Source: Actinomycetes bacterium (GTDB lineage Bacteria > Actinomycetota > Thermoleophilia > Solirubrobacterales > JACPNS01). From it: a stretch of DNA of 64,000 bases. The notes under the pieces are model-generated. The model did not search any database. It was not told the origin of the DNA and saw nothing but the letters and a program-made list of their open reading frames with translations. A program made the translations under genes and the position numbers. Location: positions 735-64,734 of the forward strand of contig JAEYBE010000004.1 in assembly GCA_023404495.1 (NCBI GenBank), given 5' to 3'. Numbering within the stretch: position 1 is the stretch's first letter; every line of letters begins with the position of its first letter. Shown in pieces: positions 1 through 9,487 of the stretch.

Positions 1-366
1 GCGGCCGAAGGCCATCTTGCCGGTGGCGCAGAAGGTGCAGGTGAGCGGACAGCCGGACTGACTGGAGACGCATATTGACCTGCGCCCGTCGCGATAGCGC
101 ATCATCACCGACTCGACCGGGCGGCCGTCCTCGGTGTGGAAGAGCACTTTGACCGTGCCGTCGCGAGATTCGGCCTGATCGACCAGCTCGAGAGACATGA
201 ACGGCACACGCACGGCAAGCTCAGCGCGCAGCTCGGAGGGCACATTGCGCATCTCGTCGTAGCCGAGCGCCCCGCGAGCGGTCCACTCCCACACCTGCTT
301 GGCGCGGTAAGCAGGCTCGCCAAGCTCCTCAAGCACGCTCCGAAGCAAAACCAAGTCCATCGCCAT
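1..366 (-). CDS. rlmN: Radical-SAM 23S rRNA/tRNA adenine-C2 methyltransferase RlmN, N-terminal 122 codons only (continues off the window start)
   Basis: Not in the ORF track because it runs off the edge. Reverse-strand translation from ATG at 366-364 gives MAMDLVLLRSVLEELGEPAYRAKQVWEW...RSICVSSQSGCPLTCTFCATGKMAFGR. The CxxxCxxC radical-SAM motif sits in the GCxxxCxFCATG context typical of RlmN/Cfr. Confidence 0.85.
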   Translation of the reverse strand, partial: MAMDLVLLRSVLEELGEPAYRAKQVWEWTARGALGYDEMRNVPSELRAELAVRVPFMSLELVDQAESRDGTVKVLFHTEDGRPVESVMMRYRDGRRSICVSSQSGCPLTCTFCATGKMAFGR

Positions 367-384
367 ACGGTACGCACGCCCACC

Positions 385-470
385 CAACACCCCGCAGTTT
401 CCGCATCACCTTTGGCACCAGGTGCCAAAGGTTGGTCGCAAATTGCGGGTTTTGGGGCGCGTAGGCTTTT
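385..470. repeat. Intergenic hairpin element, copy 1 of the AAATTGCGGGTTTT family
   Basis: Perfect 12-bp palindrome ACCTTTGGCACC-A-GGTGCCAAAGGT at 408-432. It is flanked by CCGCAGTTT (left) and AAATTGCGG (right), an 8/9 inverted pair. The right side CCAAAGG..GCAAATTGCGGGTTTTGGGGCGCGTAGG closely matches 5197-5235. Confidence 0.6.
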
Positions 471-474
471 GGAT

Positions 475-1233
475 GTGCGCCTGGCCAAGTACATCGCCCA
501 TGCAGGAATTGCTAGTCGTCGGGCTTCCGAGCAGCTGATCTTCGATGGGCGGGTGACCGTCGACGGCAACACCGTGACCGATCCGGCGCGCGATGTCGAT
601 GACGGCAACACGATCACGGTCGATGGCGATCGCGTCGCGGCCGAGCAGACCGTGGTCTACGCGGTGAACAAGCCGCTCGGCGTGATCAGCACCGCCAGCG
701 ATCCCGAGGGCCGGCGAACCGTGGTCGATCTCGTCGGCACCGAAAAGCGCTTGTACCCGGTCGGGCGGCTTGACGCGAATTCACACGGCCTGATGCTCGT
801 CACAAACGACGGCGACCTTGCCAACAAGCTCAGCCACCCGCGCTACGGAGTGCCAAAGCGCTACAAGGTGCGCGTGCGCCGCGGCGCGCCGCTCTCGACC
901 GCAGAGATAGACCACCTGGCACGTGGCGTCGAACTCGAAGACGGCAAGACCCGGCGCGCGGAGGTCACCAAAACCGGCCAGCGCGAGTTCGAGATCGTGA
1001 TCAGCGAGGGCCGCAACCGGCAGATTCGCCGGATGTGCGAGGCGATCGGTCGCGACGTCGGCGATCTCCAGCGCATCGCCTTCGGTCCACTGGAACTCGG
1101 CCGGCTCAAAGCGGGCACCGCGCGCCGGCTTTCAAACGAGGAGATCGAGACGCTCTGGCAGAATGTCCAGCTTCCGACCAAGCCGCCGCGCAAGGGACCC
1201 AAGTCGCGCAGCGCACGCGGGAGATCACGATGA
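475..1233 (+). CDS. rluB: Pseudouridine synthase, RluB/RsuA family, with N-terminal S4 domain
   Basis: S4-like N-terminus VRLAKYIAHAGIASRRASEQLIFDGRVTVDG, then the RsuA/RluB core (YAVNKPLGVIST, GRLDANSHGLMLVTNDG, REFEIVISEGRNRQIRRMC). I chose GTG 475; the track ORF start at 136 is an unsupported upstream extension. Confidence 0.85.
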   Translation: MRLAKYIAHAGIASRRASEQLIFDGRVTVDGNTVTDPARDVDDGNTITVDGDRVAAEQTVVYAVNKPLGVISTASDPEGRRTVVDLVGTEKRLYPVGRLDANSHGLMLVTNDGDLANKLSHPRYGVPKRYKVRVRRGAPLSTAEIDHLARGVELEDGKTRRAEVTKTGQREFEIVISEGRNRQIRRMCEAIGRDVGDLQRIAFGPLELGRLKAGTARRLSNEEIETLWQNVQLPTKPPRKGPKSRSARGRSR

Positions 1234-1616
1234 GCGAATCGATCGAGAACCAGAAGCTGTTCGCGTTGCGCGGGGCGACCACCGTGGGCGCCAACGACGC
1301 GGCGCAGATCGTCGAGGCGACGGAAGAACTGCTCGTCGAGGTCCTCAAGCGCAACAACCTGACTCCGGCCGCGCTCGTCTCGTGCCTTTTCACCACCACG
1401 GCCGACCTGAACGCGCAGTTCCCCGCGGTTGCCGCGCGCAACATCGGCATGAACGCCGTCCCGCTGCTCTGCGCCCGCGAGATCGACGTACCGGATTCGC
1501 TGCCGCTGGCGATCCGCATCATGCTGCACTACTACGCGCCGGCGGACCACGAGGCAAAGCACGTGTACCTGCGCGACGCAGTCACCCTGCGCACCGATCT
1601 GACCGCGGCCCAGTAG
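1230..1616 (+). CDS. aroH: Monofunctional chorismate mutase, AroH type
   Basis: MSESIENQKLFALRGATTVGANDAAQIVEATEELL...FTTTADLNAQFPAVAAR...LRIMLHYY matches the AroH-class fold signature (RGATT). The ATG overlaps the rluB stop (ATGA at 1230-1233). Confidence 0.85.
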   Translation: MSESIENQKLFALRGATTVGANDAAQIVEATEELLVEVLKRNNLTPAALVSCLFTTTADLNAQFPAVAARNIGMNAVPLLCAREIDVPDSLPLAIRIMLHYYAPADHEAKHVYLRDAVTLRTDLTAAQ

Positions 1617-1625
1617 GAGCGAACA

Positions 1626-2702
1626 ATGCCGTTGAAGATCAACGAGACGATCGCTGCGATTCCCGTCTACCCGCAGGCCGCCACCTACGCGTTCGGCGGC
1701 CCGCTGGTGAAGATGTCCTCCAACGAGTCGCCGCACCGCCCGCACCCGGCCGTCGCCGAGGCGATCGCCGGCGCCGCCAAGGACGCCAACAGATACCCGG
1801 ACCCGACCGGCACTGCGTTTCGCGAGAAGCTCGCCGAAGCCTACGACATGGCCGCAGAACAAATCGTGCTCGGCAACGGCTCCTGCGAGATCCTGCTCGC
1901 CGGCGCGCAGGTGCTGCTTGAGCCGGGGGCCGAACTCGTCTACGCGTGGCCGAGCTTCTCGATGTATCCGCATCTCGCGGCGATGACCGGCGCCAAAGCA
2001 GTCGAGGTTCCGCTGACAAGCGATCACCGCCACGACCTCGACGCCATGGCGGCCGCAATCACGCCCGCCACGAAGATGGTGCTGATCTGCAACCCGAACA
2101 ACCCGACCGGCACGTTCGTCGATCACGACGCGATCAACGAGTTCGTCTACGAGGTGCCCAAGGACGTCTGTGTGGTGATCGACGAGGCCTACATCGAGTT
2201 CGTCGAAGGTGCCGACCGCGATGCGCTGCTGCCGCTGGTGATCGAACACGACAATGTGGTGATCACCCGCACGTTCGCGAAGATCTATGGTCTTGCCGGT
2301 CTGCGCGTCGGCTACGGCTTCGCGCCGGTCGAGTTCAAGCAGGCGATCGACCTCGTGCGCCAGCCGTTCAGCGTCAATCTGATCGCGCAAGCCGCTGCGA
2401 CCGAGGCGCTCAATCACCCTGACGACGTCAAGGAGCGCGTGCTCTCCACGATCGCCGAGCGACAGTGGGTCGAGACCGAGCTGCGCGACGCCGGCTTCCA
2501 GACCGCGGAGACTCAGACCAACTTCAGCTGGATCGACCTCGGTGGCCTCGACGAGACGGAAGTGATGGAGTCACTGGCAAAGCAGGGGATCATCGTGCGC
2601 GCGGGCACCGCACTTGGTGCACCTGGGTTCATCCGTGCGAGTTACTGCGACCACGAGGACAACGAGCGCTTCGTCACCGCGATGCGTGCATTGATCGCCT
2701 GA
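1626..2702 (+). CDS. hisC: Histidinol-phosphate / aromatic aminotransferase (class II PLP aminotransferase)
   Basis: 358 aa with NPNNPTG, the PLP-lysine region TRTFAKIYGLAGLRVGY, and an overall HisC layout. Lies within an aromatic biosynthesis operon. Confidence 0.85.
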   Translation: MPLKINETIAAIPVYPQAATYAFGGPLVKMSSNESPHRPHPAVAEAIAGAAKDANRYPDPTGTAFREKLAEAYDMAAEQIVLGNGSCEILLAGAQVLLEPGAELVYAWPSFSMYPHLAAMTGAKAVEVPLTSDHRHDLDAMAAAITPATKMVLICNPNNPTGTFVDHDAINEFVYEVPKDVCVVIDEAYIEFVEGADRDALLPLVIEHDNVVITRTFAKIYGLAGLRVGYGFAPVEFKQAIDLVRQPFSVNLIAQAAATEALNHPDDVKERVLSTIAERQWVETELRDAGFQTAETQTNFSWIDLGGLDETEVMESLAKQGIIVRAGTALGAPGFIRASYCDHEDNERFVTAMRALIA

Positions 2703-2882
2703 TCGCGTATCCTTTTGCGGTCGCTTGCAGCGGATTTGCCAGCTGCGCGGCGTATACACACCAAAGAAGTTTGCCCTCAAGAACTTTGGTGCGGCTCTGC
2801 CCCCGTTGGCAGCGCTGGGACACATCCCAAAACCGCAGACGCTCAAACCAACACTCGAAGAGAGAAACGCAGGCAACCCAAA

Positions 2883-3917
2883 ATGATGATCGTGATGCAA
2901 GAAGGCGCAACCGAGGAGCAGATCCAGGGCGTCATCGACCGCATTGAGAAGGCCGGCGCAAACGCCCACGTCTCGCGCGGCCAGTTTGTCACCGTCATCG
3001 GCGCAGTTGGCGATGCAGACAGTCGCGTGCACGAGGCCGGCCTCGAGCTTGCCGACGGCGTCGACCACGTCGTGCCGATCATGAAGCCGTACAAGCTTTC
3101 GAGCCTGCAATTCACAAAGGGCGAGCGCACGACCATCGACATCGAAGGTCGCAAGATCGGCGGCGGTACTTTCGCGCTGATTGCGGGACCTTGCACGGTC
3201 GAGAGCCGTGAGCAGGTCTTCACGTCGGCCCAGCAGTGCAAGGACGCCGGTGTCCCGTTCTTCCGCGGCGGCGCCTACAAACCGCGCACCTCGCCGTACT
3301 CCTTCCAGGGCCTGGGCGTCGAGGGTCTGCGGATCCTCGGCGAGGCCAAGCAAGAGTTCGGCATGCCGATCGTCACCGAGCTGATGGACGTGCGCGACGT
3401 CGAGCATGTCGTCGAGTACGCCGACGTGATTCAGGTCGGCGCGCGCAACATGCAGAACTACAACCTGCTGACCGAGATCGGGCGCTCGGGCGTGCCGGCA
3501 CTGCTCAAGCGCGGCCTCTCGGGAACGATCGAGGACTTGCTGATGGCCTCCGAGTACATCCTCAAGGAGGGCAACCAGGACGTCATGCTCTGCGAGCGCG
3601 GCATTCGCACGTTTGAGCCGGGCTACCGCTTCACGCTCGACCTGCTCGCGGTGCCCGTGCTCCAGCAGCTGACGCACCTGCCGATCGTCGTTGACCCCTC
3701 GCACGCCGCAGGCCGGCGCGACTTGGTGCTCTCGATGTCTCTGGCAGCTGCGGCGGCGGGTGCGGACGGCATCATCGTCGAGACGCACCCCGACCCTGAG
3801 AACGCGGTCTGCGACGGCCCGCAGGCGATCGTCGGCAGCGAGTTCGGCGAGTACGCCGCGCAGGTCAACCGCATCGCCGAGATGGTCGGTAAGACGGCAG
3901 AGGTGATCGCGGCCTAG
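2883..3917 (+). CDS. aroF: 3-deoxy-7-phosphoheptulonate (DAHP) synthase, type I-beta, with an N-terminal ferredoxin-like/ACT regulatory domain
   Basis: From ATG 2883: MMIVMQEGATEEQIQGVIDRIEKAGANAHVSRGQFVTVIGAVGD (regulatory domain). This is followed by the KDO8P/DAHPS-I-beta core (IAGPCTVES, FRGGAYKPRTSPYSFQGLG, VDPSHA). Confidence 0.9.
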   Translation: MMIVMQEGATEEQIQGVIDRIEKAGANAHVSRGQFVTVIGAVGDADSRVHEAGLELADGVDHVVPIMKPYKLSSLQFTKGERTTIDIEGRKIGGGTFALIAGPCTVESREQVFTSAQQCKDAGVPFFRGGAYKPRTSPYSFQGLGVEGLRILGEAKQEFGMPIVTELMDVRDVEHVVEYADVIQVGARNMQNYNLLTEIGRSGVPALLKRGLSGTIEDLLMASEYILKEGNQDVMLCERGIRTFEPGYRFTLDLLAVPVLQQLTHLPIVVDPSHAAGRRDLVLSMSLAAAAAGADGIIVETHPDPENAVCDGPQAIVGSEFGEYAAQVNRIAEMVGKTAEVIAA

Positions 3918-3960
3918 CGTTCCGCCGCGAGCCGTCCCGGCCGGACGGTAGAAATGGCGT

Positions 3961-5130
3961 GTGCGCAACCCCTTTTCACGCCAACCGGAGCCCGAATCCG
4001 GTGAAGTAGCAGGACCTACCTACGTGGCGCTTGACCCACGCGCGATGGACAGCATGTTCGTCGCGCCCAAGTGGCTGCGGGACATCGGCATCACCTCGTG
4101 GTTCGCGCTGGGCGCGGCTTTGCTGCTGACCGCGATGATCGGCCTGCTTGCCCTGACGGCGACGATCGTCGTACCCGTGATCGTCGCTGCGGTGATCGCT
4201 GCAGTCGCGTCTCCGATCGTAAGTTGGCAGCAACGCAAAGGCATTCCGCGTGGACTGGCCACGATCCTGTTCGTGCTCCTCTTCCTCGTGGTCGCCGGAC
4301 TTCTGGCCTACGCAGTGATGTCGGGAATCGTCAGCCAGGCCGGCGAAGCGAGCAAGGAGCTCAAGCACGCGTCGAACGAGATCACCAGCTGGCTCTCGCA
4401 GCATGGGATCAACGCGGGCAAGGCCCAGAGCGCGCAGCAGAGCGTTGAGCAGGGCTCGACGAAGTCAGTCTCGACGCTGCTGAACGGCCTGGTCAACGCG
4501 ATCGGCGGACTCTCAAGCATCGTCTTCGGGCTCGCGATGGTGCTGATAAGTCTGATCTTCCTGCTCAAGGACGGCCCGATGATCCGCGCTTGGACCGAGC
4601 GCCACATGGGCGTCCCGGACCCGGTCGCACACGTGATCACTGGTCGATTGATCGGGTCGCTTCGCGGCTACTTCCTTGGCGTGACGATCATCGCTGTCTT
4701 CAATGCGGTGGTTGTGGGCGTCGGCGCCGCGCTGCTGGGTGTACCGCTGGTGGCGACGATCGCACTCGTCACGTTCATTGGTGCGTACATCCCGTTTCTC
4801 GGCGCTTGGGTTGCAGGAGCGTTTTCGGTTTTGATCGCGTTCGGCGCCGGCACCGAGACCGCGGTTATCGGCATGATCGTTATTCAGCTTCTCGCCAACG
4901 GCATGCTCCAGCAGCTCGTGCAGCCAATTGCTTACGGCGCCGCGCTCGGGATTCACCCGCTCGCGGCGCTGATCGCCACGATCGGCGGCGGATGCCTTTT
5001 CGGCTCGATCGGATTGATCCTCGGCGCGCCGATGGTCTCGGCGGCGGTGCGGATTTCGTCAGATCTCGCGAATGCACGCGCTGACGCGGCAGAGACGACC
5101 GATCTTCCGCCCGATTCCGCTCCCGCATAA
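3961..5130 (+). CDS. AI-2E family (PerM/UPF0118) membrane transporter
   Basis: 389 aa with multiple TM segments and the family-typical central region FLLKDGPMIRAWTERHMG...GYFLGVTIIAVFNAVVVGVGAALLGVP. The GTG start is uncertain. Confidence 0.8.
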   Translation: MRNPFSRQPEPESGEVAGPTYVALDPRAMDSMFVAPKWLRDIGITSWFALGAALLLTAMIGLLALTATIVVPVIVAAVIAAVASPIVSWQQRKGIPRGLATILFVLLFLVVAGLLAYAVMSGIVSQAGEASKELKHASNEITSWLSQHGINAGKAQSAQQSVEQGSTKSVSTLLNGLVNAIGGLSSIVFGLAMVLISLIFLLKDGPMIRAWTERHMGVPDPVAHVITGRLIGSLRGYFLGVTIIAVFNAVVVGVGAALLGVPLVATIALVTFIGAYIPFLGAWVAGAFSVLIAFGAGTETAVIGMIVIQLLANGMLQQLVQPIAYGAALGIHPLAALIATIGGGCLFGSIGLILGAPMVSAAVRISSDLANARADAAETTDLPPDSAPA

Positions 5131-5159
5131 CGGTCCAGGGCACCGTTCGCAAGCCCATC

Positions 5160-5240
5160 GACGCAAAATGCGCACTTGGCCTCACACCAAGTGCGAGGCC
5201 AAGGGCGGAAATTGCGGGTTTTCTGGGGGGGTAGGGAGCG
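5160..5240. repeat. Intergenic hairpin element, copy 2 of the AAATTGCGGGTTTT family
   Basis: Hairpin CGCACTTGG-CCTCACA-CCAAGTGCG at 5171-5195, followed by GGCCAAGGGCGGAAATTGCGGGTTTTCTGGGGGGGTAGGG. It shares an exact 14-mer and its flanks with 438-465. It lies just upstream of the tyrA RBS. Confidence 0.6.
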
Positions 5241-5243
5241 GGT

Positions 5244-6377
5244 TTGTCCATGCGTGCGCAAGTAGGCTCTCCAGCGATGTCACCGGACCGCCAGGAAGGC
5301 TCACGCATTGCGATCATCGGCGTCGGCCTGATCGGAGGATCGATCGGGCTGGCCGCGCGCGGGCGCATCCCTGAGATCGGAGAGATCGTCGGTTGGGATC
5401 CGAGTCCCGAGGCACTCGCCGGAGCAGTGCGGCTTGGCGCGATCGACCGCGCGGCAGAATCGCTCGAAGACGCCTGCGACGGTGCTCGACTGGTGGTTCT
5501 CGCGAGTCCGGTCGCGACGCTCGCTGATAACGCTCGCAAAGTTCTGGAAGTTGTCGGCGAGGACGCTGTCGTGACCGACGTCGGCTCGACCAAGCGCGAG
5601 ATCGTCGCCGAAATCGACGATCCACGCTTCATCGGCGGGCACCCGATCGCCGGCGCGGAGACTTCCGGAGTCGAACACGCTCGCGCGGATCTTTTTGAGG
5701 ACTCGACCTGGTTCGTGACGCCGACGCCGAACACGATCGGGGTCGGGCTTGAGCGGTTGATGCGCTTTGCGAAGAACCTCGGCGCCCAACCCCAAGCCGT
5801 CGGCGCGGCCGATCACGACCGCCTGCTCGCTGACATCAGCCACCTTCCGCACGTGCTCGCAAACGCACTGGTCACACAAGCGGCGGGAACAATCCGCGCC
5901 GAGGACGGCTCGATCGCCGTTGTTGGCCCGAGCTTCCGCGACGCGACGCGCGTCGCCGGGGCAAACAGCGCGATCTGGCGCGATATCTACCTCTCCAACC
6001 ACGACGCGCTGGTGCCGGCGATCGACTCTGTGATCGGCCGCCTGACGCAGTTTCGCGACGCGCTGTCGACCGGCAACGGAGACGAGATCGTTCGGCTGAA
6101 CGAGCAGGCTCGTGCCGACCGCGAAGAGCTGCTCGAGCGCGACCTGGTCGGTGAGGACGTGCATGAGCTGCGCGTCTCCGTGCCCAACGAGCCCGGCGTG
6201 CTGGCGAACATCACGCTGGCGCTCGGCAGGGCCGGCGTGAACATCGTCGACATGGCGCTCTTCCCGGCGGCCGACCGTCGCAGCGGTGCGATCAGCCTTT
6301 GGGTCGCCGGCGAGGACGCCGCGACGCGCACCGAGGCCCTGATCGGCGAACTCGGCTTCCCGGTGGCCAGGGCCTGA
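5244..6377 (+). CDS. tyrA: Prephenate dehydrogenase with C-terminal ACT domain
   Basis: Rossmann motif IAIIGVGLIGGSIGLAA, HPIAGAE, and a C-terminal ACT-like region LRVSVPNEPGVLANITLALGRAGVNI. Alternative starts are ATG 5250 (GGGAG 11 nt upstream) or TTG 5244. Confidence 0.85.
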   Translation: MSMRAQVGSPAMSPDRQEGSRIAIIGVGLIGGSIGLAARGRIPEIGEIVGWDPSPEALAGAVRLGAIDRAAESLEDACDGARLVVLASPVATLADNARKVLEVVGEDAVVTDVGSTKREIVAEIDDPRFIGGHPIAGAETSGVEHARADLFEDSTWFVTPTPNTIGVGLERLMRFAKNLGAQPQAVGAADHDRLLADISHLPHVLANALVTQAAGTIRAEDGSIAVVGPSFRDATRVAGANSAIWRDIYLSNHDALVPAIDSVIGRLTQFRDALSTGNGDEIVRLNEQARADREELLERDLVGEDVHELRVSVPNEPGVLANITLALGRAGVNIVDMALFPAADRRSGAISLWVAGEDAATRTEALIGELGFPVARA

Positions 6378-7675
6378 TGCGCGCGAACTTCCAACCTTCC
6401 GGGCCGCTTAAGGGCTCGATCCGCCCGCCGGCCGACAAGTCGATCTCGCACCGCGCGGCGTTGATCGCCGGGATGTGCGATTCGCCGGTCACGATCCGCA
6501 ACTACCTCGATTCGGCCGACACCAACAGCACGCTGGCAGCGGTCGAGGCCCTTGGCGCTGGCATCGAGCGCCGCGACGACGAAATCGTCGTGCGCGGCGT
6601 AGGACTGCGCGGAGCACAAGAGGCCGCCGGCGTGATCGACGTCGGCAACTCGGGAACGCTGATTCGTCTGCTCCCGGGCTGGCTCTGCGGGCAGCCGACC
6701 GGCGACTGGGAACTCGACGGCGACGAAAGCATCCGGCGCCGGCCGATGCGCCGAATCGTTGAGCCGCTTCGCGCAATGGGTGCGCACATCGACGCAAGCC
6801 CCGACGGCACGGCGCCGATCTGCGTCGAGGCGGCGCCCCTGACCGGGATCGATTACACGATGCCGGTCGCCAGCGGCCAGGTGAAGTCGAGCATTCTCCT
6901 GGCGGCGCTGGTTGCCAGCGGCACCACTCGAATTCGCGAGCCCGAAGTTTCGCGTGATCACACCGAGCGGATGCTCGCCGCGGCGGGTGTTCCGATCCAC
7001 CGCGATGGTGGCTCGATCGTGATCGATGGCGGTACCGACGAACTCGAACTCGGGACGATCGACGTGCCTGGAGATCTCTCGTCGGCGGCCTTCATGATCG
7101 TGGCCGGCGTGTTGGTCAAGGGCTCGCGACTGGTGATCAAAGACGTCGGGCTCAACCGTACGAGGATCGGCATCTTGAAGATCCTCGAGCGCATGGGCGC
7201 CGTGGTGCTCGCCGACCCCGAGCGACCGAGCGACGATATTCCTGGATACGAGCCGGTCGGAGACCTCGATGTCGCGTCGGCGCCGCTGGTCGGGACCGAA
7301 GTCTCCGGCGACGAAGTGCCCTTGGCGATCGACGAGTTGCCGCTTGTTGCGCTGCTGGGTGCATTTGCTGAGGGGCAGACGGTTGTGCGCGGCGCCGAGG
7401 AACTTCGCTTCAAGGAATCCGACCGTATCGCGACCGTCGTTGACGGCTTGGCCGGTCTTGGCGCTGACATCGAGGCGACAGACGATGGATTCGTGGTGCG
7501 AGGGACGGGAAGCCTGCGCGGCGGCGCAATCTCGTCGCACGGCGACCATCGCTTGGCGATGCTCGGCGCGGTTGCCGGACTTGCCAGCGACGAGGGCGTT
7601 ACGGTCGATGGAATGGAGGCGGCGAGTGTCTCGTTTCCGACCTTCGAGCGGGATCTGCGGTCGCTTTTCGGCTGA
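6377..7675 (+). CDS. aroA: 3-phosphoshikimate 1-carboxyvinyltransferase (EPSP synthase)
   Basis: MRANFQPSGPLKGSIRPPADKSISHRAALIAGM..., LDVGNSGTLIRLL-like motif (IDVGNSGTLIRLLPG), and KESDRI. The ATG overlaps the tyrA stop (TGATG at 6375-6379). Confidence 0.95.
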   Translation: MRANFQPSGPLKGSIRPPADKSISHRAALIAGMCDSPVTIRNYLDSADTNSTLAAVEALGAGIERRDDEIVVRGVGLRGAQEAAGVIDVGNSGTLIRLLPGWLCGQPTGDWELDGDESIRRRPMRRIVEPLRAMGAHIDASPDGTAPICVEAAPLTGIDYTMPVASGQVKSSILLAALVASGTTRIREPEVSRDHTERMLAAAGVPIHRDGGSIVIDGGTDELELGTIDVPGDLSSAAFMIVAGVLVKGSRLVIKDVGLNRTRIGILKILERMGAVVLADPERPSDDIPGYEPVGDLDVASAPLVGTEVSGDEVPLAIDELPLVALLGAFAEGQTVVRGAEELRFKESDRIATVVDGLAGLGADIEATDDGFVVRGTGSLRGGAISSHGDHRLAMLGAVAGLASDEGVTVDGMEAASVSFPTFERDLRSLFG

Positions 7676-7712
7676 TGTCACAATCAGGGGGACGATCAAA
7701 CGAACTCCCTGA

Positions 7713-8867
<1,155 letters not shown>

Positions 8868-8869
8868 CG

Positions 8870-9487
8870 ATGATCGTCGCGATCGACGGTCCCGCCGGGG
8901 CCGGGAAGAGCACCGTTTCGCGTGCGGTTGCGGCCGCGCTGGGAGCCACCTATCTCGACAGCGGCGCGATGTATCGCGTCGTCGCGCTGAAGGCGCTTGG
9001 CGGTGAGACGGCAGAGGAGGCCGCGCGCTCGACGCAGATCGGGCTGGGGGAGACGATCACTGCTGATGGGATCGATGTCACGAGTGCGATCCGCACGCCG
9101 GAGGTTTCTGAGAAGGCGTCCGAAGTGGCCGCGCTGCCCGCAGTCCGCGAGGCGCTGGTCGAACAGCAACGCGCTCTGCTCCACAACGGCGGCGACTGGG
9201 TCGCCGAGGGCCGCGACATCGGCACCGTCGTCGCACCAGACGCAGAGCTGAAAATCTTCCTGACGGCGTCGATCGAGGAACGTGCGCGCCGCCGCGCGGC
9301 CGAGCTCGGCCTTTCGGTCGGCGAGGTGCTCGCCCAGCAGGTCGAGCGCGACCACCGCGACTCCACGCGAGAGACGTCGCCGTTGACGGCGGCCGATGAT
9401 GCGGTCGAGGTCGACACGACGGGGCTCACGGTCGATCAGGTCGCCCGGCAGATTGCGAATCTGGCTCGCGAACGGACAGCAAAATGA
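8870..9487 (+). CDS. cmk: Cytidylate kinase
   Basis: [21 protein letters not shown] (P-loop), [17 protein letters not shown]. Confidence 0.95.
   Translation: MIVAIDGPAGAGKSTVSRAVAAALGATYLDSGAMYRVVALKALGGETAEEAARSTQIGLGETITADGIDVTSAIRTPEVSEKASEVAALPAVREALVEQQRALLHNGGDWVAEGRDIGTVVAPDAELKIFLTASIEERARRRAAELGLSVGEVLAQQVERDHRDSTRETSPLTAADDAVEVDTTGLTVDQVARQIANLARERTAK

Noticed and set aside
136-474. N-terminal extensions of track ORFs: rluB 136-474, aroF 2715-2882, aroA 6299-6376, priA 14110-14169, ribE 23710-23757, plsX 38758-38844, acpP 39803-39889, rplS 60266-60367, LemA 47867-48133, yraN 63695-63841, and others.
   Set aside because: - Homology-like sequence begins only at the internal start codons.
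- Those starts often overlap the preceding stop codon (ATGA/GTGA/TGATG), or follow an SD.
- The upstream parts are Arg/Pro-rich read-through of intergenic DNA or of upstream genes.
861-2417. Very long antisense ORFs in the six-frame track: for example 861-2417(-), 5987-7867(-), 2571-3968(-), 9436-10686(-), 40108-42330(-), 41535-42527(-), 53343-54578(-) and 56133-56954(-).
   Set aside because: - Each lies opposite a gene with unmistakable family motifs.
- Their translations are Arg/Ala/Gly/Pro-rich low-complexity sequence.
- This is typical of stop-codon-poor off-frames in 65-70% GC DNA.
- None has a recognisable domain.
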